A stretch of 64,000 bases of DNA from Leptogorgia sarmentosa (GCA_964658305.1 OZ210885.1:14384001-14448000); one strand, 5' to 3'; positions 30,001 through 42,270 are shown, numbered from the stretch's first letter. Notes: generated by a model not told the origin, from the sequence alone. A program made the numbers and translations.

Positions 30001-33000
30001 ACTTTGTCAATGACTCAAAAACCAAGGTTGCTTCTTCATATATCACTGTTATTAACAGTGGTAGAGAAGTTGGTTTATAGCAAAATATCACCACATTTAA
30101 CCAACCTTAATCAATTAAACGCCACATCATCAATGACTAAAAAAAACAAGGTTGCTTCTTCATATAACACTGTTATGAAGGGTGTTAGAGAAGTTGGTTA
30201 AATTATAGCAAAATTTCACCACATTTAACCAACCTTGATAAATTAAACGCCACATCGTCAATGACTCAAAAAAACAAGGTTGCTTTTTTATGAAGGGTGT
30301 TAGAGAATTTGGGTAAATTATAGCAAAATTTCACCACATTTATCCAACCTTGATAAATTAAACGCCACATTGTCAATGACTCAAAAAACAAGGTTGCTTC
30401 TTCATATATCACTGTTATGAAGGGTGTTAGAGAAGTTGGTTTAAATAAAGCAACATTTCACCACATTTAACCAACCTTGATAAATTAAACGCCACATTGT
30501 CAATGACTCAAAAAAACAAGGTTACTTCTTCATATAACACTGTTATGAAGGGTGTTAGAGAAGTTGGTTAAATTATAGCAAAATTTCACCACATTTAACC
30601 AACCTTGATAAATTAAACGGCACACTGTGAATGACTAAAAAAAACAAGGTTGCTTCTTCATATATCACTGTTATGAAGGGTGTTAGAGTAGTTGGTTTAT
30701 AGCAAAATTTCACCACATTTAACCAACCTTGATAAATTAAACGCACATCATCAATGACTCAAAAAAACTAGGTTGCTTTATTATGAAGGGTGTTAGAGAA
30801 TTTGGGTAAATTATAGCAAAATTTCACCACATTTATCCAACCTTGATAAATTAAACGCCACTTTGTCAATGACTCAAAAAACAAGGTTGCTTCTTCATAT
30901 ATCACTGTTATTAACAGTGTTAGAGAAGTTGGTTTAAATATAGCAAAATTTCACCACATTTATCAAACCTTGGTAAATTAAATGCCACATTGTCAATGAC
31001 TAAAAAAAACAAGGTTGCTTTTTTATGAAAGGTGTTAGAGAAGTTGGTTAAATTATAGCAAAATTTCACCACATTTATCAAACCTTGATAAATTAAATGC
31101 CACATTGTCAATGACTCAAAAAACAAGGTTGCTTCTTCATATATCACTGTTATTAACAGTGTTAGAGTAGTTGGTTTATAGCAAAATTTCACCACATTTA
31201 ACCAACCTTGATAAATTAAACGCCACATCATCAATGACTCAAAAAAACAAGGTTGCTTTTTTATGAAGGGTGTTAGAGAAGTTGGTTAAATTATAGCAAA
31301 ATTTCACCACATTTAACCAACCTTGATAAATTAAATGCCACATTGTGAATGACTCAAAAAAACAAGGTTGCTTCTTCATATATCACTGTTATGAAGGGTG
31401 TTAGAGAAGTTGGTTTAAATAAAGCAACATTTCACCACATTTAACCAACCTTGATAAATTAAACGCCACATTGTCAATGACTCAAAAAAACAAGGTTGCG
31501 TTTTTATGAAGGGTGTTAGAGAAGTTGGTTAAATTATAGCAAAATTTCACCACATTTAACCAACCTTGATAAATTAAACGCCACATTGTGAATGACTAAA
31601 AAAAACAAGGTTGCTTCTTCATATATCACTGTTATGAAGGGTGTTAGAGAAGTTGGTTTAAATAAAGCAACATTTCACCACATTTAACCAATCTTGATAA
31701 ATTAAATGCCACATCGTCAATGACTAAAAAAAACAAGGTTGCTTTTTTATGAAAGGTGTTAGAGAAGTTGGTTAAATTATAGCAAAATTTCACCACATTT
31801 ATCAAACCTTGATAAATTAAACGCCACATTGTCAATGACTCAAAAAACAAGGTTGCTTCTTCATTTATCACTGTTATTAACCGTGTTAGAGAAGTTGGTT
31901 TATAGCAAAATTTCACCACATTTAACCAACCTTGATAAATTAAACGCCACATCGTCAATGACTCAAAAAAACAAGGTTGCTTTTTTATGAAGGGTGTTAG
32001 AGAATTTGGGTAAATTATAGCAAAATTTCACCACATTTATCCAACCTTGATAAATTAAACGCCACATTGTCAATGACTCAAAAAACAAGGTTGCTTCTTC
32101 ATATATCACTGTTATTAACAGTGTTAGAGAAGTTGGTTTAAATATAGCAAAATTTCACCACATTTAACCAACCTTGATAAATTGAACGCCACATTGTCAA
32201 TGACTCAAAAAACAAGGTTGCTTCTTCACATATCACTGTTACTAACGGTGTAAGAGAAGTTGGTTTATAGCAAAATATCACCACATTAAACCAACCTTGA
32301 TAAATTAAACGGCACACTGTGAATGACTAAAAAAAACAAGGTTGCTTCTTCATATATCACTGTTATGAAGGGTGTTAGAGTAGTTGGTTTATAGCAAAAT
32401 TTCACCACATTTATCAAACCTTGATAAATTAAATGGCACATTGTCAATGACTAAAAAAAACAAGGTTGCTTTTTTATGAAAGGTGTTAGAGAAGTTGGTT
32501 AAATTATAGCAAAATTTCACCACATTTAACCAACCTTGATAAATTAAACGCCACATTGTCAATGACTCAAAAAACAAGGTTGCTTCTTCATATATCACTG
32601 TTATGAAGGGTGTTAGAGAAGTTGGTTTAAATAAAGCAACATTTCACCACATTTAACCAACCTTGATAAATTAAACGCCACATTGTCAATGACTCAAAAA
32701 AACAAGGTTACTTCTTCATATAACACTGTTATGAAGGGTGTTAGAGAAGTTGGTTAAATTATAGCAAAATTTCACCACATTTAACCAACCTTGATAAATT
32801 AAACGGCACACTGTGAATGACTAAAAAAAACAAGGTTGCTTCTTCATATATCGCTGTTATGAAGGGTGTTAGAGTAGTTGGTTTATAGCAAAATTTCACC
32901 ACATTTAACCAACCTTGATAAATTAAACGCCACATCATCAATGACTCAAAAAAACTAGGTTGCTTTATTATGAAGGGTGTTAGAGAATTTGGGTAAATTA

Positions 33001-36000
33001 TAGCAAAATTTCACCACATTTATCCAACCTTGATAAATTAAACGCCACATTGTCAATGACTCAAAAAACAAGGTTGCTTCTTCATATATCACTGTTATTA
33101 ACAGTGTTAGAGAAGTTGGTTTAAATATAGCAAAATTTCACCACATTTATCAAACCTTGATAAATTAAATGCCACATTGTCAATGACTAAAAAAAACAAG
33201 GTTGCTTTTTTATGAAGGGTGTTAGAGAAGTTGGTTAAATTATAGGAAAATTTCACCACATTTAACCAACCTTGATAAATTAAATGCCACATTGTCAATG
33301 ACTCAAAAAAACAAGGTTGCTTCTTTATATATCACTGTTATGAAGGGTGTTGGAGAAGTTGGTTAAATTATAGCAAAATTTCACCACATTTAACCAACCT
33401 TGATAAATTAAACGCCACATCGTGAATGACTAAAAAAAACAAGGTTGTTTCTTCATATATCACTGTTATGAAGGGTGTTAGAGAAGTTGGTTTAAATATA
33501 GCAAAATTTCACCACATTTAACCAACCTTGATAAATTAAACGCCACATTGTCAATGACTAAAAAAAACAAGGTTGCTTCTTCATATATCACTGTTATGAA
33601 GGGTGTTAGAGAAGTTGGTTTAAATATAGCAAAATTTCACCACATTTAACCACCCTTGATCAATTAAACGCCACATTGTCAATGACTCAAAAAAACAAGG
33701 TTGCTTTTTTATGAAGGGTGTTAGAGAAGTTGGTTAAATTATAGCAAAATTTCACCACATTTAACCAACCTTGATAAATTAAATGCCACATCGTCAATGA
33801 CTAAAAAAAACAAGGTTGCTTTTTTATGAAAGGTGTTAGAGAAGTTGGTTAAATTATAGCAAAATTTCACCACATTTATCAAACCTTGATAAATTAAATG
33901 CCACATTGTCAATGACTCAAAAAACAAGGTTGCTTCTTCATATATCACTGTTATTAACAGTGTTAGAGTAGTTGGTTTATAGCAAAATTTCACCACATTT
34001 AACCAACCTTGATAAATTAAACGCCACATCATCAATGACTCAAAAAAACAAGGTTGCTTTTTTATGAAGGGTGTTAGAGAAGTTGGTTAAATTATAGCAA
34101 AATTTCACCACATTTAACCAACCTTGATAAATTAAATGCCACATCGTCAATGACTAAAAAAAACAAGGTTGCTTTTTTATGAAAGGTGTTAGAGAAGTTG
34201 GTTAAATTATAGCAAAATTTCACCACATTTATCAAACCTTGATAAATTAAATGCCACATTGTCAATGACTCAAAAAACAAGGTTGCTTCTTCATATATCA
34301 CTGTTATTAACAGTGTTAGAGTAGTTGGTTTATAGCAAAATTTCACCACATTTAACCAACCTTGATAAATTAAACGCCACATCATCAATGACTCAAAAAA
34401 ACAAGGTTGCTTTTTTATGAAGGGTGTTAGAGAATTTGGGTAAATTATAGCAAAATTTCACCACATTTATCCAACCTTGATAAATTAAACGCCACTTTGT
34501 CAATGACTCAAAAACCAAGGTTGCTTCTTCATATATCACTGTTATTAACAGTGGTAGAGAAGTTGGTTTATAGCAAAATATCACCACATTTAACCAACCT
34601 TAATCAATTAAACGCCACATCATCAATGACTAAAAAAAACAAGGTTGCTTCTTCATATAACACTGTTATGAAGGGTGTTAGAAAAGTTGGTTAAATTATA
34701 GCAAAATTTCACCACATTTAACCAACCTTGATAAATTAAACGCCACATCGTCAATGACTCAAAAAAACAAGGTTGCTTTTTTATGAAGGGTGTTAGAGAA
34801 TTTGGGTAAATTATAGCAAAATTTCACCACATTTATCCAACCTTGATAAATTAAACGCCACATTGTCAATGACTCAAAAAACAAGGTTGCTTCTTCATAT
34901 ATCACTGTTATGAAGGGTGTTAGAGAAGTTGGTTTAAATAAAGCAACATTTCACCACATTTAACCAACCTTGATAAATTAAACGCCACATTGTCAATGAC
35001 TCAAAAAAACAAGGTTACTTCTTCATATAACACTGTTATGAAGGGTGTTAGAGAAGTTGGTTAAATTATAGCAAAATTTCACCACATTTAACCAACCTTG
35101 ATAAATTAAACGGCACACTGTGAATGACTAAAAAAAACAAGGTTGCTTCTTCATATATCACTGTTATGAAGGGTGTTAGAGTAGTTGGTTTATAGCAAAA
35201 TTTCACCACATTTAACCAACCTTGATAAATTAAACGCCACATCATCAATGACTCAAAAAAACTAGGTTGCTTTATTATGAAGGGTGTTAGAGAATTTGGG
35301 TAAATTATAGCAAAATTTCACCACATTTATCCAACCTTGATAAATTAAACGCCACTTTGTCAATGACTCAAAAAACAAGGTTGCTTCTTCATATATCACT
35401 GTTATTAACAGTGTTAGAGAAGTTGGTTTAAATATAGCAAAATTTCACCACATTTATCAAACCTTGATAAATTAAATGCCACATTGTCAATGACTAAAAA
35501 AAACAAGGTTGCTTTTTTATGAAAGGTGTTAGAGAAGTTGGTTAAATTATAGCAAAATTTCACCACATTTATCAAACCTTGATAAATTAAATGCCACATT
35601 GTCAATGACTCAAAAAACAAGGTTGCTTCTTCATATATCACTGTTATTAACAGTGTTAGAGTAGTTGGTTTATAGCAAAATTTCACCACATTTAACCAAC
35701 CTTGATAAATTAAACGCCACATCATCAATGACTCAAAAAAACAAGGTTGCTTTTTTATGAAGGGTGTTAGAGAATTTGGGTAAATTATAGCAAAATTTCA
35801 CCACATTTATCCAACCTTGATAAATTAAACGCCACTTTGTCAATGACTCAAAAAACAAGGTTGCTTCTTCATATATCACTGTTATTAACAGTGTTAGAGA
35901 AGTTGGTTTAAATATAGCAAAATTTCACCACATTTAACCAACCTTGATAAATTAAACGCCACATTGTCAATGACTCAAAAAAACAAGGTTGCTTTTTTAT

Positions 36001-37373
36001 GAAGGGTGTTAGAGAAGTTGGTTAAATTATAGCAAAATTTCACCACATTTAACCAACCTTGATAAATTAAATGCCACATTGTGAATGACTCAAAAAAACA
36101 AGGTTGCTTCTTCATATATCACTGTTATGAAGGGTGTTAGAGAGGTTGGTTTAAATAATGCAACATTTCACCACATTTAACCAACCTTGATAAATTAAAC
36201 GCCACATTGTCAATGACTCAAAAAAACAAGGTTGCGTTTTTATGAAGGGTGTTAGAGAAGTTGGTTAAATTATAGCAAAATTTCACCACATTTAACCAAC
36301 CTTGATAAATTAAACGCCACATTGTGAATGACTAAAAAAAACAAGGTTGCCTCTTCATATATCACTGTTATGAAGGGTGTTAGAGAAGTTGGTTTAAATA
36401 AAGCAACATTTCACCACATTTAACCAATCTTGATAAATTAAATGCCACATCGTCAATGACTAAAAAAAACAAGGTTGCTTTTTTATGAAAGGTGTTAGAG
36501 AAGTTGGTTAAATTATAGCAAAATTTCACCACATTTATCAAACCTTGATAAATTAAACGCCACATTGTCAATGACTCAAAAAACAAGGTTGCTTCTTCAT
36601 TTATCACTGTTATTAACCGTGTTAGAGAAGTTGGTTTATAGCAAAATTTCACCACATTTAACCAACCTTGATAAATTAAACGCCACATCGTCAATGACTC
36701 AAAAAAACAAGGTTGCTTTTTTATGAAGGGTGTTAGAGAATTTGGGTAAATTATAGCAAAATTTCACCACATTTATCCAACCTTGATAAATTAAACGCCA
36801 CTTTGTCAATGACTCAAAAAACAAGGTTGCTTCTTCATATATCACTGTTATTAACAGTGTTAGAGAAGTTGGTTTAAATATAGCAAAATTTCACCACATT
36901 TAACCAACCTTGATAAATTGAACGCCACATTGTCAATGACTCAAAAAAACAAGGTTGCTTCTTTATATATCACTGTTATGAAGGGTGTTGGAGAAGTTGG
37001 TTAAATTATAGCAAAATTTCACCACATTTAACCAACCTTGATAAATTAAACGCCACATCGTGAATGACTAAAAAAAACAAGGTTGTTTCTTCATATATCA
37101 CTGTTATGAAGGGTGTTAGAGAAGTTGGTTTAAATATAGCAAAATTTCACCACATTTAACCAACCTTGATAAATTAAACGCCACATTGTCAATGACTCAA
37201 AAAAACAAGGTTGCTTCTTCATATATCACTGTTATGAAGGGTGTTGGAGAAGTTGGTTAAATTATAGCAAAATTTCACCACATTCATCCAACCTTGATAA
37301 ATTAAACGCCACATCGTCAATGACTCAAAAAAACAATGTTGTTTCTTCATATATCACTGTTATGAAGGGTGTT
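1..37373. repeat. Satellite DNA array, about 300 head-to-tail monomers (128 bp, with 123-bp and 115-bp variants); continues past the left edge of the window
   Basis: Consensus cttcttcatatatcactgttatgaagggtgttagagaagttggttaaattatagcaaaatttcaccacatttaaccaaccttgataaattaaacgccacattgtcaatgactcaaaaaaacaaggttg. Monomers start at 1, 129, 257, 372 and 500 (spacings 128, 128, 115, 128). The 115-bp form reads gcttttttatgaag (13-bp loss); the 123-bp form reads gttggtttatagc (5-bp loss). Confidence 0.99.
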
Positions 37374-37412
37374 TATGGAAGCCCAGCAGGGTCACTTCAA
37401 CATTCATAAAGT

Positions 37413-37575
37413 ACTTAGTATTTTCACATAATAACTTAGCATTTTCACATATCAACTTAGCATTTTCATATACCAACTTAGTATTTTCACATATCAACTT
37501 AGCATTTTCGTATACCAACTTAGTATTTTCACATATCAACTGAGCATTTTCATATACCAACTTAGTATTTTCACA
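37413..37575. repeat. 21-bp subterminal minisatellite (aacttagcattttcacatatc), about 8 copies
   Basis: Direct tandem repeat about 40 bp inside the TATGG terminus. Confidence 0.92.
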
Positions 37576-37735
37576 GCCAAATATTGTTAACGTTTTATCT
37601 ATACTTAAAAAAAAGTACCTTTTTCAAAATATTTTTGGTGTTTCAAAAAGTTTTTTTGGCAAATTGAAAAAATTTTCACGGCGAGTATAGACCATAACGC
37701 AACGCAGTCTTATGATGAAATATAAACATTTCAAG

Positions 37736-39398
37736 ATGGAGAGATTGGAAGATTTACCATTCGATGTATCGGAAGGTATGCGGAACTCTTTCTGGATGGA
37801 TTTATTTGATTCTTATATTGATAATGCAATGATATATTTTGAAATTTTGCAGAAATGTACGAGCGTATTAACGACTTAGTGGCAAAAATGAAGACAAATG
37901 TAATGATTTTAAAATACTTGGACAAAGAATATGGCTGCACATGGTGGTAACCATTACAACATTTGCAAAAACATAGAAATGATCAGAAATACAGCCAGAT
38001 AAGAAAAAGTAGAGGAAAAGTAGCCCTACCCGAATATAATATTCAATTTTAAAACTCCCAACCAGTGAATTCCCTGGCACTTAGAGAGCTTACATTACTC
38101 CCGTACCCCCGGCAACGATATATACAAACGCACATTTAAGTGTATGATATCCTCACGATACCATAAACGTTTTCATTCTTGTCGACCTTGACCCAGATCA
38201 CAAGCTTATAATTCCTAACCCTTTTGTGCCATTAATCTAAAGAATATATTTAGTAAAAATTGAATAAATTCTATTCCGTATTTCTAATATTTGAAATATC
38301 AACATGTGTCTTAATTATATAGTTTGTCGACATTAAAAAGGAGGTTGAAAGTGATGAACATCTGCAGGCATGACGAATCAGTGCAGCCAAATGATGTGAT
38401 AAAGGCTGTAGCTGTAAGTGATGATTATTTGGAAGTAAAGATTTCGTGTGAATGTAATGGCAGCACTTCCATGTATACTAGGTTGTCTTCCATATAAAAA
38501 TAAATTCTTTTAGTAATTTGGCATTATGATCGTAATCTTTCCTATTAAAATCTATATATATTTACATAATTTTTTAATGTAGAGTGAATTGAATGGACCT
38601 GCGAAAAAGATGGGATATCGAACCATGCATCTACGCTTACGTCGGAAACATAATTTAAAGGTGAAGAGGTACTTCTTAAAAGCAGCGGATTCTATAATAA
38701 AGTAGTTAGTATATAATGTATACGCTATAATTCATCCAGGAACTATTTTCATGACTCTACAAAATACATCCTGTATGTTTTTGAATTAAGGGACGATGTA
38801 TACCAGACGATGCAGTTTTTGGACCCGGGTGGAGTTCAAATGAGACGGGAAAGGATAACACTAATAATTGAACTATAATTTCTTGTCATATCCTCAGTTG
38901 AAACATCTCTCATATATATTTGCAGGGTAGTAATTGGATATGGCACATTGATGGCCGTGACAAATTAAAACCGTATGGTTTTTGCATTCATGGTGCTATA
39001 GATGGATTTTCCAGAAAAATCCTCTGGTTATGTATTGACCAGACTAATAATAATCCGTGGTACATCGCAAAATATTACATGGACTATGTGAGAATCAACC
39101 ATGGTTAGTAGTCTTATATATTTTCCGCATGACATAGCTACTATATAATAGCTATAGAGTATAGTCCAATAAAATTGCATATCTGCAAATTTATAGCATC
39201 ATTATAGTATAGCATCATTATAGTATAGCAAACATACAACATGTCAATATTTTGTATAGTTGTTCCTTCAATGACTAGATCAGATGCAGGTACAGAAAAT
39301 GAATACTAGCAAGCTGTCAAACATACTTGAGGCGAAATTTCTCGGATAATTTATCTGGGGAGAAAAGTCATGTGTATGGCACGTCAATGCTAAATCAG
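37736..39398 (+). pseudogene. IS3EU-type (integrase-core/rve-like DDE) transposase, intron-rich, truncated and frameshifted
   Basis: GT-AG exons at about 37736-37775, 37853-37946, 38323-38413, 38583-38668, 38791-38855, 38926-39103 and 39260-39398. They read ..LSTLKRRL..ELNGPAKKMGYRTMHLRLR..LDPGGVQMRR..GSNWIWHIDGRDKLKPYGFCIHGAIDGFSRKILWL..NNNP..VPSMTRSDAGTEN..YGTSMLNQ. There is a 1-bp frameshift after GTEN, and the expected next exon with the catalytic Glu is absent. Confidence 0.85.
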
Positions 39399-40346
39399 GT
39401 AGTTGCATGCGTTGTCATATATACATGTATATAAACATTTAAGAGTGAATGTCCACAAAAATCGAACAATAAGTGGCCAAAGCTCAAAAATCGATTTCGC
39501 TCATTTCTTTTCCATACGTAGCCTAATGTGTCTTGAGATGTGCTATATACTCTGCGAAGTCCTGCGTTTGCTTATTTTTGAGAAAACAAGAATTTACAGT
39601 GACTCCTACGAAATCGCCATTTTAGTTGCAAAATATGCATGATTTTTGGGAGGCAAAATTTGTTACTAAAATTTACTCGTACTCAGTTAAAATTGCCTGA
39701 AACGTTTTCCTTAGTAAGTAATTATTCAGTATACATATTTTTAGGAAATTAGACCTACGAGTTGCACTCTAAATAATCTTTACTTTCAGAAATATATTCT
39801 TACTCCACAAAAGCTGCCCAACATTCGACGAAGTTTTTAAACATGCGATAAAGCTTGAGATTATTTAAGATTACCACTGTTTACTCTCTACGTTTCTGGC
39901 TTTCAAATGATATAAAATTTTCGTTGGGCAAATAAATAGGTGCGGAATTACGGATCAATCAATTGTCAAGTTTTTTGACCTTGCAAGGTCACCTTTCTCA
40001 TTTTGCATATCAAGTCACTTTCTACTTTCAATATTAAAATGCACTTCTACGCCATGTCTTAAATTATTCTGAGTGCTCCCATTATGTTAAATTTGCATAA
40101 AAGTCGGGAAAAGCTCAGCACGACAACGTCATATATAAACAGACCGACGATTGTAAGTAATACAAACAAATAACAGTATTAATAATACTACTGCCCGCGG
40201 TGCTTATGCTGTATAAATTATACCAAACGAAGTAAAAACCGATTGTAATCATCTTTAATATTCCCAGCATTATCTTAACTTCACAATTCGACATGATTGC
40301 AAATAATATTCGTATATTTACTACCGATCTAACGAATATCGCGATT

Positions 40347-40882
40347 TATTATATGGACAGCGGTATTTTATTGAGAACTAAAACACTCGTAGAACTCATA
40401 CGCCACTACATCCGGGATACGGTGCACGTATTTTCGGTATGTCACGCTTAGGGGTGACATAACCTTCCCGCCTTTTTCGCTGTTTACAAATGGCTTCTAC
40501 CTTCTACTTCAAGGTTTGTCAATTTAAGCCAAGACGATACTAGTACGTTTTGTGACGAACAATAAAGCTACAATACTACAATAAACTACAATAATTAGCT
40601 GTATTTATAATCTATATTTACTAAAGGCTAATTTTAAAGCCATTAATTGCGTGTTTTAGACTGCATGTTTTCATTAAAAGGGTTAGTTGTTGTGTATTTG
40701 TGTCACTCTGAATAAGTCCATATAATAAACAGAACATTACACGGTTCGCTCGAAAATATGGATTTTATGTTCGAGTGGCAAGAACAATATCTCACTCGTT
40801 CGCTGCGCTCACTCGTGAGATATTGTTCTTGCCACTCGAACATAAAATCCATATCTTCTCGCAACCGTGTAATATCTTATAT
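40347..40882 (+). mobile_element. Non-autonomous Crypton-like element with a long terminal hairpin
   Basis: Inverted pair tattatatggac (40347-40358) / gtccatataata (40716-40727). Degenerate N-terminal remnant STSRFVNLSQDDTSTFCDEQ* at about 40500-40563. Perfect 40-bp stem 40756-40795 / 40815-40854. No TSD is evident. Confidence 0.5.
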
Positions 40883-41052
40883 ATATTATTAAAGTAAACA
40901 AACAGCAAAGAAGAATGTAAGTTATTACTAATTATTTTAATGAGCCAAATAAGCTATTAAAATAGGCCAAGTCAGCACTCCAGTCACAAACTGCACTCAA
41001 ATTGGACCCCACAATAGAAGTGAGCAGCATTTGATGGAAGCAGTTATCAATA

Positions 41053-41905
41053 ATGGAATTATCTTGTTCGTTTAAGTCTGTTGTCGGTAGTTCTTGCGGT
41101 TTCGATGCCAAGGATCGAAAACACCAGACCCAAATCATTCCTTTACTGTCATGTTCAAAGGATATCTCGAGGCACTTCTCCTCACATAGCTTTTCGGGGT
41201 TAAGGATGAGATTGATCTCATTTTGTCTCGAGTGGCGTGGTTTGATAAGCCCAGAGAAAGCATCGAGTCAATGACAATCTGTCCCCGTCACCGTGCAGTC
41301 CTAGGCATAAGTTGGACAAGAGGCGGTAGTACTAGGTGCAGGGTTCCGCAGGCGATTTCAGGTCATGGCAAATCCAGAGATACGTGGCCAAAAGGCGATC
41401 GAGGTATATGGAAGCAGGAGTCGAAAAATATCTTGCGTAATACAGGCGTGTTTATCGCCCCTGGATCAGGTACATAACTCTATTTGTCTTCTCGATCAGG
41501 TATTTCTTTCATTGTCGAGTGCGGAAAGCGTGTATAATTATACGTATATAAATTACTATTTCAGGTATTTGCAAAAAGTGCCGGGGAGTAATGAAGGACT
41601 TAGAAAATGGGACATCAGAGTCAGTGGTACAAGCTTTGGGAGAAGAAATGGAAAAGTTAGCATTGGTAAAAATATGATAGTGACTAGTGAGTGTGATAGC
41701 AGATCACGCTGTGGTTAGTAATTTATGTATTTTTTTTAGTAAATTGTCATTCTTCTTGTGATTTAAATTTAACAGGACGAAGACGTCACCTGTGCATCTG
41801 CTGAAAAGAGTCCAAAATTGCACTATGCGCAAAATGTTGCCGCATTTGACAGCCCATCCACAACTTATACGCCATCTGATTTCTCGCTTCTAACAGAAAC
41901 ATTCC
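41053..41905 (+). pseudogene. N-terminal Cys/His-rich region of a large, probably Sola3-type transposase; frameshifted and 3'-truncated
   Basis: Exons 41053-41469 (frameshift near 41200), 41565-41664 and 41776-~41905 read [65 protein letters not shown]..; GT-AG introns. Confidence 0.6.
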
Positions 41906-42150
41906 ATTTATATTACAGTTACAGCATCAAATAAAAATACGCATAAATCTGCATTTATAAAAGTATAAAAGCATGCTTTAGTTTTGTGGACTTCTCCCGC
42001 CATTTATTGTTTATAGATGCCCGCAATTTTCTATTGCTTCTGTGCATATTACTTCATGTTAGTAACACATATTGTACTGTCCGCGTCAAAATTGGAAGAC
42101 TGGGTACAAGATAAGGAAATTGAAGATAAAGTTTTTGCACATGAAGAAGA

Positions 42151-42270
42151 AAGCACCGAATATAAAGACACTATCACCGAATATAATGCCGAATGCACCC
42201 AACATAATGTATAAAGCACCGAATATAATGTATAAAGCACCGAATATAATGTATAAAGCACCGAATATAA
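42151..42270. repeat. 21-bp minisatellite (aaagcaccgaatataatgtat), left part, interrupted by the Zator-like element
   Basis: Tandem units, degenerate leftwards; the array resumes in the same orientation at 55321. Confidence 0.9.

Larger units (their letters stand above)
37374..39442 (+). mobile_element. IS3EU-like DNA transposon, left end and 5' part
   Basis: Starts TATGGAAGCCCAGCAGGGTCAC (TAY terminus as in IS3EU) exactly where the satellite breaks, followed by a 21-bp subterminal tandem repeat and an integrase-core transposase gene. Confidence 0.75.
39443..41905 (+). mobile_element. Sola3-like DNA transposon, 5' end only, inserted in an IS3EU intron
   Basis: TTAA (39439-39442) is followed by GAGTGAATGTCCAC; TTAA target and GAG terminus are Sola3 hallmarks. 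The 5' exons of a Cys/His-rich transposase-like gene follow. No matching right end was found. Confidence 0.55.

Noticed and set aside
1408..36694. Dozens of 60-104-aa ORFs (MMMWRLIYQG.., MSMTKKTRLL..) in the repeat array
   Set aside because: They are chance translations of satellite monomers. The 128- and 115-bp lengths and variable A-runs break frame constantly, and there is no domain signal.
1..37373. CRISPR array or recombination-cassette array
   Set aside because: There are no unique spacers; the whole monomer is repeated. The context is eukaryotic with spliceosomal introns and no cas genes.
39439..39470. Kolobok terminus (TTAA followed by RR)
   Set aside because: It remains possible, but the GAG start and the downstream Cys-rich gene fit Sola3 better, and no Kolobok coding motifs were seen.
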